A DNA stretch of 15,247 bases, from the NCBI GenBank assembly GCA_046045965.1, contig JBJOKS010000055.1:1-15247 (forward strand), read 5' to 3'. The notes below the pieces were generated by a model that did not search any database, was not told the DNA's origin, and was given only the letters and a program-made list of their open reading frames with translations. The stretch's first letter is position 1. The number at the start of each line of letters is the position of its first letter. This DNA is from Cyanobacteriota bacterium (GTDB taxonomy: Bacteria; Cyanobacteriota; Cyanobacteriia; Cyanobacteriales; Nostocaceae). Positions 8,060 through 15,247 of the stretch are shown in pieces. The translations under genes and the position numbers were made by a program.

Positions 8060-8257
8060 ATGCTTTATCCCTCCGCTATCTCCATACCTGAACCGCAAAT
8101 ACCCACTCCTGGACCTAACCCCCTACCCAGTCCCGAACCTCCACCAGAACCAACCATTCCTCCAGCGTTCCCAGAACCAGTACCAGAAACAGTACCAGCA
8201 CCCATTCCTCAAACAGTACCAGGTCCAATTCCCCAAACCATTCCTAAACCTGTTTGA
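8060..8257 (+). CDS. Proline-rich repetitive microprotein (65 aa)
   Basis: ATG at 8060 follows GGAAGA and gives MLYPSAISIPEPQIPTPGPNPLPSPEPPPEPTIPPAFPEPVPETVPAPIPQTVPGPIPQTIPKPV. The 8-aa repeats vary at wobble positions. The start could alternatively be 7994. Confidence 0.6.
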   Translation: MLYPSAISIPEPQIPTPGPNPLPSPEPPPEPTIPPAFPEPVPETVPAPIPQTVPGPIPQTIPKPV

Positions 8258-8296
8258 ATTATCCTTATAATTGCAATCAACATCTAAAAATCTACA

Positions 8297-9388
8297 ATGC
8301 TAAGAGCCGGAATAGTCGGACTTCCCAACGTCGGAAAATCAACCTTATTTAACGCTGTCGTCGCTAATGCTAAAGCCGAAGCGGCTAACTTCCCTTTTTG
8401 TACCATTGAACCGAATGTTGGCATTGTCTCAGTACCAGATGACCGGTTAAACGTTCTTGCCAAAATTGCTACTTCTAAACAAATTATACCTGCTCGTGTT
8501 GAGTTTGTCGATATTGCCGGTTTGGTGAAAGGTGCAAGTCAAGGAGAAGGACTGGGTAATCAATTTTTGTCCCACATCCGGGAAGTTGACGCGATCGTTC
8601 ATGTTGTGCGTTGTTTTGAAAATGATGATATCATTCACGTTGCCGGTTCTGTAGACCCAGCGCGAGATATTGAAATCATTAATTTAGAACTTGGTTTATC
8701 AGATTTATCGCAAATTGAAAAACGCATTGACAGAACTCGCAAACAAGCACGCACCAGCAAAGATGCACAATTTGAAATCACTGTGCTGGAAAAATTAGCT
8801 GCGGCTTTAAATGAAGGTAAATCTGTCCGTCAAGTGAGTTTAAATGAAGAAGAAGCCGCAATTATTAAAGGCTTAGGACTACTCACAAATAAACCAATTA
8901 TCTATGCTGCTAATGTTTCTGAAGATGACTTAGCAACAGGTAATGATTTTGTTGAACAAGTGCGTCAAGTTGCTGCTCAAGAAAATGCCCAAGTTGTGAT
9001 TGTTTCTGCACAGGTAGAAGCAGAACTAGTAGAATTACCAGAAGAAGATAAAGCTGATTTTCTCGAATCTTTGGGTGTGAAAGAAGGCGGTTTAAAATCC
9101 TTAATTCGTGCAACTTATGCACTTTTAGGTTTGCGGACATATTTCACTTGTGGTCCTCAAGAAACTCGCGCTTGGACTATTCATGCAGGAATGTCTGCAC
9201 CTCAAGCCGCAGGTGTCATTCACTCTGATTTTGAACGGGGTTTTATTCGTGCAGAAACCGTTGCTTATAATGATTTGGTAACTCATGGTTCCATGAATGG
9301 TGCTAAGGAAAAAGGTTTAGTCAGAAGTGAAGGAAAAGAGTATATTGTGCAGGAAGGAGATGTGATGTTATTCCGATTTAATGTGTAG
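8297..9388 (+). CDS. ychF: Redox-regulated ribosome-binding ATPase YchF
   Basis: GIVGLPNVGKST, ANFPFCTIEPN, DIAGLVKGAS.GEGLGN.FL and the TGS-domain C-terminus GKEYIVQEGDVMLFRFNV. Confidence 0.98.
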   Translation: MLRAGIVGLPNVGKSTLFNAVVANAKAEAANFPFCTIEPNVGIVSVPDDRLNVLAKIATSKQIIPARVEFVDIAGLVKGASQGEGLGNQFLSHIREVDAIVHVVRCFENDDIIHVAGSVDPARDIEIINLELGLSDLSQIEKRIDRTRKQARTSKDAQFEITVLEKLAAALNEGKSVRQVSLNEEEAAIIKGLGLLTNKPIIYAANVSEDDLATGNDFVEQVRQVAAQENAQVVIVSAQVEAELVELPEEDKADFLESLGVKEGGLKSLIRATYALLGLRTYFTCGPQETRAWTIHAGMSAPQAAGVIHSDFERGFIRAETVAYNDLVTHGSMNGAKEKGLVRSEGKEYIVQEGDVMLFRFNV

Positions 9389-9401
9389 ATAAATGATGTT
9401 T

Positions 9402-9534
9402 TAAACGCAGATTAACATATCCAGATCCCCGACTTCTGACATCAATTCATAATTTATTTACAAGATAACAAAAGAAGTCGGGGATCTTATCGTTAGATGA
9501 TTTATCTGTGTTCATCCGCGTCCATCTGCGTTTA
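9402..9534. repeat. Nested palindromic elements between the convergent ychF and nurA genes
   Basis: Outer inverted repeat TAAACGCAGAT (9402-9412) / ATCTGCGTTTA (9524-9534), with 10-bp tandem units at 9501-9534. Inner perfect 15-bp inverted repeat AGATCCCCGACTTCT (9423-9437) / AGAAGTCGGGGATCT (9473-9487). Confidence 0.85.
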
Positions 9535-9564
9535 TTGAACATATTTTTATAATCCAAAATTCTA

Positions 9565-10740
9565 TTAAGCGATACTTCCTCGTTTTCTTGCTTCTTTGTA
9601 GGAAATACCCACATTTTTTATACCTGCTTTAATCATTTCTCTTTCCAAAAGAGCAAAGAAATGGTTTCTATCACCACCTCTGACTACAGCTTGATTATGT
9701 GCCTCCGCAATTGCCACAGGATACCCGTATCCTTTTTGTACCTGTGCTAACATTAATCCTAATGCTTGATCTAACATACTGGAATTTTCTGCTACCCACA
9801 TAGGAAATTCTATCCGGGCAATTTCTGTACCTACGTGAACGTAACAAAAATAAATAGTTTGCTCTTCATAAAGTTGTAAAATGCGGTTATTACTACGCCA
9901 TAGGGGTCCTCTCTGTCCTGGTTGCAGTTGGGTTGTTGATAAAGTTGTATCTCGCAAAGCATCAAATTTTTTACAAGGTACATAGTCTAGTTGATCAGGG
10001 CAATAACTGATACAGTCAGGTACAGGATGGGGACAAGCTAACAACCGTAAAAAGTTTGTGGCTTCAATGTTACGGGCGGCGCTAAGATAACCCATGATGG
10101 GAATTTCGGCTTTACGTAATTGTTGCCAAGCTTCTAAAATGGGGGGTAAGATGCGATCGCGGGCATCCATCGGTAATTGATCTAAAAACCAGTATATTAA
10201 GGAACCATCCACCATTGCTAAAGCTGGGGCTTCGGTTTTTTCACTACATGCTAGTTCTGCTAATACCGTAGTTTCATCAGCAGTACGTCGGTGACTCATC
10301 CATTCTTCGGTTCTTAAACCCCATTGACGGGCGATATATAAATCTTCTGGGCGATAAAATACCTCCGGTAAACTATCGAGAAGTGGGTGGCGATTTTGAC
10401 CGTAATGTAATACTACTCTGCCGATATTTAATAAATAACAATAGGCAATTTCATGATGGTTAGGGGCAATTTGTGAACCATCGGTAGCGATGACAGTATG
10501 AATTTTAGGAGGAGTAGGAATATCAATACAAGTTTCTAAAGGTTCGATGGGTGTAGCATTAGCAAAAAGAATGCGATCGCGCCATTTTTCTTGACGTGAA
10601 ATTAACTCTTGTTGACATTCAAACGCCTGTTTTAAATGTTCTTTTGCTAATTCCAACCTGCGGTTACTTTCAGCAACTTCTGAAGAAAGATGCTCACTTA
10701 AACCTTGCATTTGTCCCGCTATTTTTGTTAAATCAAGCAT
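9565..10740 (-). CDS. nurA: NurA-family nuclease (DNA double-strand break repair)
   Basis: Catalytic motifs IATDGSQ and AMVDGSL, ARIEFP, and the C-terminal GYPVAIAEAHNQAVV. Confidence 0.9.
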   Translation of the reverse strand: MLDLTKIAGQMQGLSEHLSSEVAESNRRLELAKEHLKQAFECQQELISRQEKWRDRILFANATPIEPLETCIDIPTPPKIHTVIATDGSQIAPNHHEIAYCYLLNIGRVVLHYGQNRHPLLDSLPEVFYRPEDLYIARQWGLRTEEWMSHRRTADETTVLAELACSEKTEAPALAMVDGSLIYWFLDQLPMDARDRILPPILEAWQQLRKAEIPIMGYLSAARNIEATNFLRLLACPHPVPDCISYCPDQLDYVPCKKFDALRDTTLSTTQLQPGQRGPLWRSNNRILQLYEEQTIYFCYVHVGTEIARIEFPMWVAENSSMLDQALGLMLAQVQKGYGYPVAIAEAHNQAVVRGGDRNHFFALLEREMIKAGIKNVGISYKEARKRGSIA

Positions 10741-10776
10741 AATAAATTAATTCATAATTCATAATTTTGAAGATTC

Positions 10777-10809
10777 AGATCCCCAACTTCTCCAAGAAGT
10801 CGGGAATCT
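10777..10809. repeat. Second, compact copy of the AGATCCCCGACTTCT palindromic element
   Basis: AGATCCCCAACTTCT-CCA-AGAAGTCGGGAATCT; each arm has one mismatch relative to 9423-9487. Confidence 0.85.
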
Positions 10810-10815
10810 AGTTTT

Positions 10816-11598
10816 TTACCAGCTAGAGAAATTCTGAGAAAATTGAGAAAGTGATATTACCCTAATACGTGAATTATTTTGTCCTGCTTCTCTTTCTGGT
10901 TGAGTATTATAACCCCAATCTGCTAAGAAAAGTTGCACATGATCTAAATCAGATTGCTGTTGGACTAATTGTAGTGTTTTTAGTCTATCTTCAACAAACC
11001 ATAACCTTACAGGTTTATGTTCAGCTTTCTCAATTAATTCTCGCAAAGTTTCATATTTTGGGCGTTTTACTTCTTTCCCAAAAATTGCAGCGGGTGGTAA
11101 ATCAATTCCTTCTTGTTGTAACAATTGCTTGACAAAACGCCCTTCTTTAGTAGTAACAATAAATAACTGTACTCCATTAACAAGAGTCATTTTCAGTCTT
11201 TCTATCACTCCCGGATAGAATTTATGCAAACTTAACCAACCATTTAAATCTGTAGCTATCCATTCATCCCGCAAACCATCAAGTTTTTTAGCAACTGCTT
11301 TTGCCTCTAGGTTATCTGCTGCTAAAATCTGAGGAGTAATATTTACCCATTCTTGCAGAATTTTATCATCAGAAAAACCCTCAGTCAAGGCTTTAATTAA
11401 AACAGGCATTTCCCAACCGGTTTCAATTACAGGCCGCAAGCGATAAAATCTTAAAGCTAAATCATCTGGTGGTGTGTCGTTAACAGATGGCCAAATTTGA
11501 CAATAGGTACGCCATGCTACCTCAAAATATTCAATTAGTCCATCGCAAATCACTCCATCAAAGTCTAAGGCTAAAACCGTAGGACTATTTACTGTCAT
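10816..11598 (-). CDS. HAD-superfamily hydrolase
   Basis: Motif I LALDFDGVICD, motif II IVTTK, motif III K (KRPK) and motif IV FVEDR. Confidence 0.9.
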   Translation of the reverse strand: MTVNSPTVLALDFDGVICDGLIEYFEVAWRTYCQIWPSVNDTPPDDLALRFYRLRPVIETGWEMPVLIKALTEGFSDDKILQEWVNITPQILAADNLEAKAVAKKLDGLRDEWIATDLNGWLSLHKFYPGVIERLKMTLVNGVQLFIVTTKEGRFVKQLLQQEGIDLPPAAIFGKEVKRPKYETLRELIEKAEHKPVRLWFVEDRLKTLQLVQQQSDLDHVQLFLADWGYNTQPEREAGQNNSRIRVISLSQFSQNFSSW

Positions 11599-11643
11599 TG
11601 TTTTGAGGTGAAAAACTGCTGTTTGTAGCTTACCTGAACTAGA

Positions 11644-11755
11644 AAGTATTTATTGTATCTAAAATTCCTCGTTCCCATACTCTGTATGGGAATGAATTGA
11701 AGTATTTATTGTATCTAAAATTCCTCGTTCCCATACTCTGTATGGGAATGAATTG
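11644..11755. repeat. Perfect 56-bp tandem duplication (11644-11699 and 11700-11755)
   Basis: AAGTATTTATTGTATCTAAAATTCCTCGTTCCCATACTCTGTATGGGAATGAATTG occurs twice head-to-tail. Confidence 0.95.
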
Positions 11756-11836
11756 AGGAAGGCTCTGCCTTCCATAAAGGTATAAAATAGAGGCAGAGCC
11801 TCTTAGTAGCATTCCCAGTCGGAGACTGGGAACGAG
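11724..11836. mobile_element. 113-bp multi-hairpin REP/MITE-like element
   Basis: Termini CTCGTTCCCA / TGGGAACGAG are inverted. Internal hairpins are TTCCCATAC-TCT-GTATGGGAA, AGGCTCTGCCT...AGGCAGAGCCT and TTCCCAGTC-GGA-GACTGGGAA. AACGAGATAA is duplicated at the right end (11831-11850). Confidence 0.75.
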
Positions 11837-11875
11837 ATAAAACGAGATAAAAATCTTCATTCTGACTCCTGACTC

Positions 11876-12970
11876 CTATTGCATTTCCTCTAATACCTGC
11901 CTGATAACATCCGTGGGTACTTCATCTGTCACCTTGACTTCACCTATTCGCGTAGGTAACACAAACCGCACTTTCCCAGATTTGACTTTTTTATCTAACT
12001 GCAAAGCATCAATAAGTTCTGCAATATCTAAACCTGCTGGTAATTGTGTCGGTAAACCTGCTTTTTTAATCAGTGCGTTTTGACGTTCTGTATCGGCTTT
12101 TTGCCAAAGTCCTAATTTTACAGCAATTTCACCCGCCGCTATCATGCCAATACCCACCGCTTCACCATGTTTCAACAGGCGATAATTGGTTAAACTTTCC
12201 ACAGCATGGCCGATAGTATGACCATAATTTAAAATTGCCCGCAGTCCAGATTCTTTTTCATCTTTGCTGACAACATCTGCCTTCGCTTGACAAGAATGAG
12301 TTAATATGTAATTTATCAGGTCGGATTTTACATAGCGGAGTTGGTCAAGGTGCTTACTCGCTTCCAATTGAGTAAACAATTCAGCGTCCCAAATTACGCC
12401 GTACTTGATCACTTCCGCCATTCCCGCTCGAAATTCGGCTGCTGGTAAGGTTTTCAAGACTTCAGGATCTATTAATACTAAGCTGGGTTGGTGAAATGCA
12501 CCAATCAAGTTTTTACCATGAGGATGGTTAACGCCTGTTTTTCCGCCTACAGATGAATCTACCATTGCTAATAAGCTGGTAGGGACTTGGACAACATTAA
12601 TTCCTCTTAACCAGGTCGCAGCAGCAAACCCAGTCATATCACCAACTACACCACCACCTAAAGCAACCATCGTAGAAGAACGTTCTAACCGATGTTCTAA
12701 GGCTACATCATAGATTTTTTGGATGGAGTTTAAAGTTTTGTAGCGTTCTCCAGGGGGGAGGTTGTAGTGAACTACATCAAAACCAGCATTTTTTAAAGAG
12801 GCGATCGCTCTTTCCCCATAATGTTTAAATATCATCGGGTTAGAAACCAGCAATACCTTTTTACCCAGTTTCAAACTTCCCATCTGTTCACCCAGTTGAT
12901 CTAAACTCCCAGGAGCAACAGTAATTTCATAAGACTTTTCTGGTATATCTACTTTAATTACAGAACTCAT
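11876..12970 (-). CDS. aroB: 3-dehydroquinate synthase
   Basis: [59 protein letters not shown] and DKK. Confidence 0.97.
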   Translation of the reverse strand: MSSVIKVDIPEKSYEITVAPGSLDQLGEQMGSLKLGKKVLLVSNPMIFKHYGERAIASLKNAGFDVVHYNLPPGERYKTLNSIQKIYDVALEHRLERSSTMVALGGGVVGDMTGFAAATWLRGINVVQVPTSLLAMVDSSVGGKTGVNHPHGKNLIGAFHQPSLVLIDPEVLKTLPAAEFRAGMAEVIKYGVIWDAELFTQLEASKHLDQLRYVKSDLINYILTHSCQAKADVVSKDEKESGLRAILNYGHTIGHAVESLTNYRLLKHGEAVGIGMIAAGEIAVKLGLWQKADTERQNALIKKAGLPTQLPAGLDIAELIDALQLDKKVKSGKVRFVLPTRIGEVKVTDEVPTDVIRQVLEEMQ

Positions 12971-13015
12971 CTAAAAACCCTGATATAATCACACGTCCGC
13001 GTATTTTACCGTAGT

Positions 13016-13038
13016 TTGGTAATTGGTAATTGTTAATT
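13016..13038. repeat. STRR-type heptamer repeat (TAATTGG units)
   Basis: TTGGTAATTGGTAATTGTTAATT; the reverse complement of the array at about 14944-14968. Confidence 0.7.
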
Positions 13039-13104
13039 TCTCTGTCACGTCTTACCTATTCCCATGATTGAATAGAAATAAGTCACTAAACAGGAGTAAT
13101 ACAA

Positions 13105-13197
13105 ATGGCTGTAGTTGAATACATTGTATTTTTAGGCGTGTTTATGGGTATCGCCGTTGGTTTATTATTTGGTCTACGCTCCGCCAAGATCATCTAA
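13105..13197 (+). CDS. petL: Cytochrome b6f complex subunit 6 (PetL), 30 aa
   Basis: Manual translation MAVVEYIVFLGVFMGIAVGLLFGLRSAKII*. It is a single TM helix with the typical cyanobacterial PetL C-terminus (LLFGLRSAKI) and a strong AGGAG RBS at 13092-13096. Too short for the ORF track. Confidence 0.92.
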   Translation: MAVVEYIVFLGVFMGIAVGLLFGLRSAKII

Positions 13198-13205
13198 TAG
13201 CTAAC

Positions 13206-13240
13206 AAAGCCCCCCTTTTTAAGGGGGGTTGGGGGGATCT
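13206..13240. repeat. 35-bp palindromic dispersed repeat, copy 2 (between convergent petL and bioB; possible terminator)
   Basis: Identical to 4663-4697. It overlaps the bioB stop codon (13239-13241). Confidence 0.9.
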
Positions 13241-14240
13241 AAACATTCACCAAATTAGGTGTTTTTCCCCGCTTCTCAAACGGTGGACGCATTTCCAAAC
13301 CCAATAAATTCAACATTTCCCGATCTGCATCATAATCAGGACAGGGAGTAGTCACCGTCAACATTTTATGATCATCGCTGGAAAAAATTGAATTTGCACC
13401 AGCCATAAAACATAAAGCTTGTTCAATTTGGGAAAGTTTTGCCCTCCCTGCACTCAACCGCACATCAGAAGTGGGCATAATAATTCTAGCAGTAGCAATC
13501 ATCCGCACCACTTCCCAAATCGGAACTTCTGGCTGATCTGCCAACGGTGTACCCTCAACCTGTGAGAGAATGTTAATAGGTACTGATTCAGGATGGGGTT
13601 GTAAATTAGAAAGGGTGTATAACATTCCTACCCGATCTTCAATGCTTTCACCTAAACCGAGAATACCACCAGAACACACAGTTACATTAGTTTGGCGAAC
13701 ATTGTCAATTGTTTGCAAGCGATCGCCATAAGTCCGAGTAGTAATTACAGTGCTGTAATATTCCTCAGACGTATCTAAGTTATGATTATAAGCATACAAA
13801 CCTGCATCTTCCAACCGTTTAGCCTGATTTGCATTTAACATCCCCAAAGTGCAGCAAACCTCTAAACCCATTGAAGTGACATCTTTTACCATGTCCAAAA
13901 CCTGATCAAACTGGGAATTATCCCGCACTTCCCGCCAAGCAGCACCCATACACACCCGACTAACACCGGTTTCTTTGGCTTTCTTAGCAATATTTAGCAC
14001 CGTTTCTTTTTCTAACAGTGCTTCCGGTTTTACTTCGGTTTTGTAGCGAGAAGACTGAGCGCAGTAACTACAATCTTCCGGGCAACCACCTGTTTTAATA
14101 GATATCAGCTTACAAACTTGTATTTGCTTGGGATTATGAAATTGACGATGTACACTAGCAGCTTGATAAATAAGCTCTAGAAATGGTGTATTATAGATTT
14201 CCAAAATCTCATCTTGTTGCCAATCGTAGCGTATTCCCAC
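13239..14240 (-). CDS. bioB: Biotin synthase
   Basis: Radical-SAM motif [40 protein letters not shown] and GANSIF. The likely start is GTG at 14240 after AAGGA; the ORF track extends the frame to 14279. Confidence 0.97.
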   Translation of the reverse strand: MGIRYDWQQDEILEIYNTPFLELIYQAASVHRQFHNPKQIQVCKLISIKTGGCPEDCSYCAQSSRYKTEVKPEALLEKETVLNIAKKAKETGVSRVCMGAAWREVRDNSQFDQVLDMVKDVTSMGLEVCCTLGMLNANQAKRLEDAGLYAYNHNLDTSEEYYSTVITTRTYGDRLQTIDNVRQTNVTVCSGGILGLGESIEDRVGMLYTLSNLQPHPESVPINILSQVEGTPLADQPEVPIWEVVRMIATARIIMPTSDVRLSAGRAKLSQIEQALCFMAGANSIFSSDDHKMLTVTTPCPDYDADREMLNLLGLEMRPPFEKRGKTPNLVNV

Positions 14241-14307
14241 AGTTATTATCCTTTTGTAGATTGTTACTAAAATACACAAAAATACACAAAATTAATAATT
14301 TTAGTAT

Positions 14308-14901
14308 ATGAACTTAGAACTGCCACTAATTAAAACCAATCGTCTGTTATTAAAAGTGGCCATTCCCGAAGATATACCCCAAATTATCAAATATTTTACT
14401 GTAAATAAAGCCCATCTTACCCCATTTTCACCTACTTGGGCTGATGGTTTTTTCACAGCAGAATATTGGCAATATCAAATAGAACAATATCATCTAGAAA
14501 TTATTCATGATTGCGGTCTGAGACTATTTATATATCAGCAAAACAAACCCAAAGAAATCATCGGCGTTGTCAATTTTAGTAATTTTATACACGGAGCAGC
14601 CAGTTTTTGTAATGTTGGATATAGTTTAGCAGAAGCAGCACAAGGTCATGGTTACATGACAGAAGCTTTAAAAGCCGGCAGTGAATATGTATTTCAAGAA
14701 TTAAATTTTCACCGCATCATGGCCAATTATATGCCTCATAATCGCCGCAGTGGTAACGTGCTAAAAAGACTGGGTTTTGTGATAGAAGGATATGCGAGAG
14801 ATTATTTATTAATAAATGGCAAATGGGAAGATCATATTCTTACCAGTTTGACTAATTATAAGTGGAAACCGTATTCGCAGAATTTAAAATTTAGAATTTA
14901 G
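14308..14901 (+). CDS. rimJ: RimJ-family GNAT N-acetyltransferase
   Basis: TNRLLL, VGYSLAEAAQGHGYMTEAL, HRIMANYMPHNRRSGNVLKRLGFVIEGYARDYLLINGKWEDH. Confidence 0.9.
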   Translation: MNLELPLIKTNRLLLKVAIPEDIPQIIKYFTVNKAHLTPFSPTWADGFFTAEYWQYQIEQYHLEIIHDCGLRLFIYQQNKPKEIIGVVNFSNFIHGAASFCNVGYSLAEAAQGHGYMTEALKAGSEYVFQELNFHRIMANYMPHNRRSGNVLKRLGFVIEGYARDYLLINGKWEDHILTSLTNYKWKPYSQNLKFRI

Positions 14902-14968
14902 AATTGAGAATTTCAAGAATAATTTAACCCGATCACCTCTTCCCAAATTACCAATTACCAATTACCAA
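14881..14968. repeat. STRR-type heptamer repeats at the rimJ 3' end and downstream
   Basis: AATTTAA/AATTTAG/AATTTAG/AATTGAG units overlap the rimJ stop, followed by (CCAATTA)x3 at about 14944-14968. Confidence 0.7.
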
Positions 14969-15006
14969 GTAAAATGAAGAGAAGCACAAATTAAAAATTA
15001 CTAAAA

Positions 15007-15247
15007 ATGACCCTCGCTCAAACCCAAAATTGCACAAATTCAGGTAATCCTTTACTATCGCTTAACTACGAAAGTGCCTTAGAATCTCTAGGTAATGACT
15101 ACTATGATGAAGTTGCAGCCGAGGAATTTCCTCAACATATTTTACGGTGGCGTAATGATGCACTTCTACCACGTTTAGGACTTGATCCGCAAGTAGTAAA
15201 AGACGAAGATTTTATTACCACCTTTGGTAAATTTCAAGGACGGAAAC
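15007..15247 (+). CDS. SelO/YdiU-family protein adenylyltransferase, 5' part (runs off the right edge)
   Basis: Manual translation [80 protein letters not shown], open to the edge. It resembles the N-terminus of cyanobacterial YdiU/SelO proteins; the catalytic motifs lie outside the window. Confidence 0.75.
   Translation, partial: MTLAQTQNCTNSGNPLLSLNYESALESLGNDYYDEVAAEEFPQHILRWRNDALLPRLGLDPQVVKDEDFITTFGKFQGRK

Noticed and set aside
7980..8270. 96-aa alternative-frame ORF
   Set aside because: Overlaps the Pro-rich ORF. The repeats are better preserved at the amino-acid level in the Pro-rich frame, and this ORF has a TTG start.
8447..9140. Two minus-strand ORFs (63 aa and 76 aa)
   Set aside because: Antisense shadows within ychF.
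10869..11132. 87-aa plus-strand ORF
   Set aside because: Antisense shadow within the HAD hydrolase gene.
9565..11598. nurA + HAD hydrolase as a novel defence system
   Set aside because: They have host-like composition (nurA carries two HIP1 sites) and sit among housekeeping genes, which fits core DNA repair and metabolism better.
11644..11836. Possible mini CRISPR array
   Set aside because: The two units are identical throughout, so there are no distinct spacers, and there are no cas genes in the window.
11639..11860. 73-aa minus-strand ORF
   Set aside because: It is a translation of the palindromic element and its duplication, not a credible protein.
2619..12970. trpC + aroB as a scytonemin or mycosporine biosynthetic cluster
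   Set aside because: The genes are 8 kb apart with unrelated genes between them, there are no scy or mys genes, and aroB looks like the housekeeping enzyme next to petL and bioB.

Overview
AT-rich chromosomal window from a heterocyst-forming (Nostocales-type) cyanobacterium, judged from five HIP1 octamers (GCGATCGC), heptamer STRR-type repeats, a HetP-family gene and petL. From left to right: a 5'-partial double-PAS sensor histidine kinase (minus strand, missing from the ORF track), divergent from a short hetP-like gene and an atypical trpC paralogue; a DUF2059-type exported protein broken by one in-frame TAG; an Orn/Lys/Arg decarboxylase carrying an in-frame 35-bp dispersed repeat; a two-gene DUF262 (ParB/GmrS-like) + HEPN cassette that looks like an inserted anti-phage system; a small membrane protein; a Pro-rich microprotein; ychF; nurA; a HAD hydrolase; aroB; petL (missing from the ORF track); bioB; rimJ; and the 5' end of a SelO/YdiU gene. 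Several non-autonomous palindromic repeat elements lie in the intergenic regions. The best candidates for new biology are the DUF262-HEPN cassette and the PAS-kinase/HetP-like/divergent-TrpC module. All calls come from manual translation and motif recognition; no searches were run.
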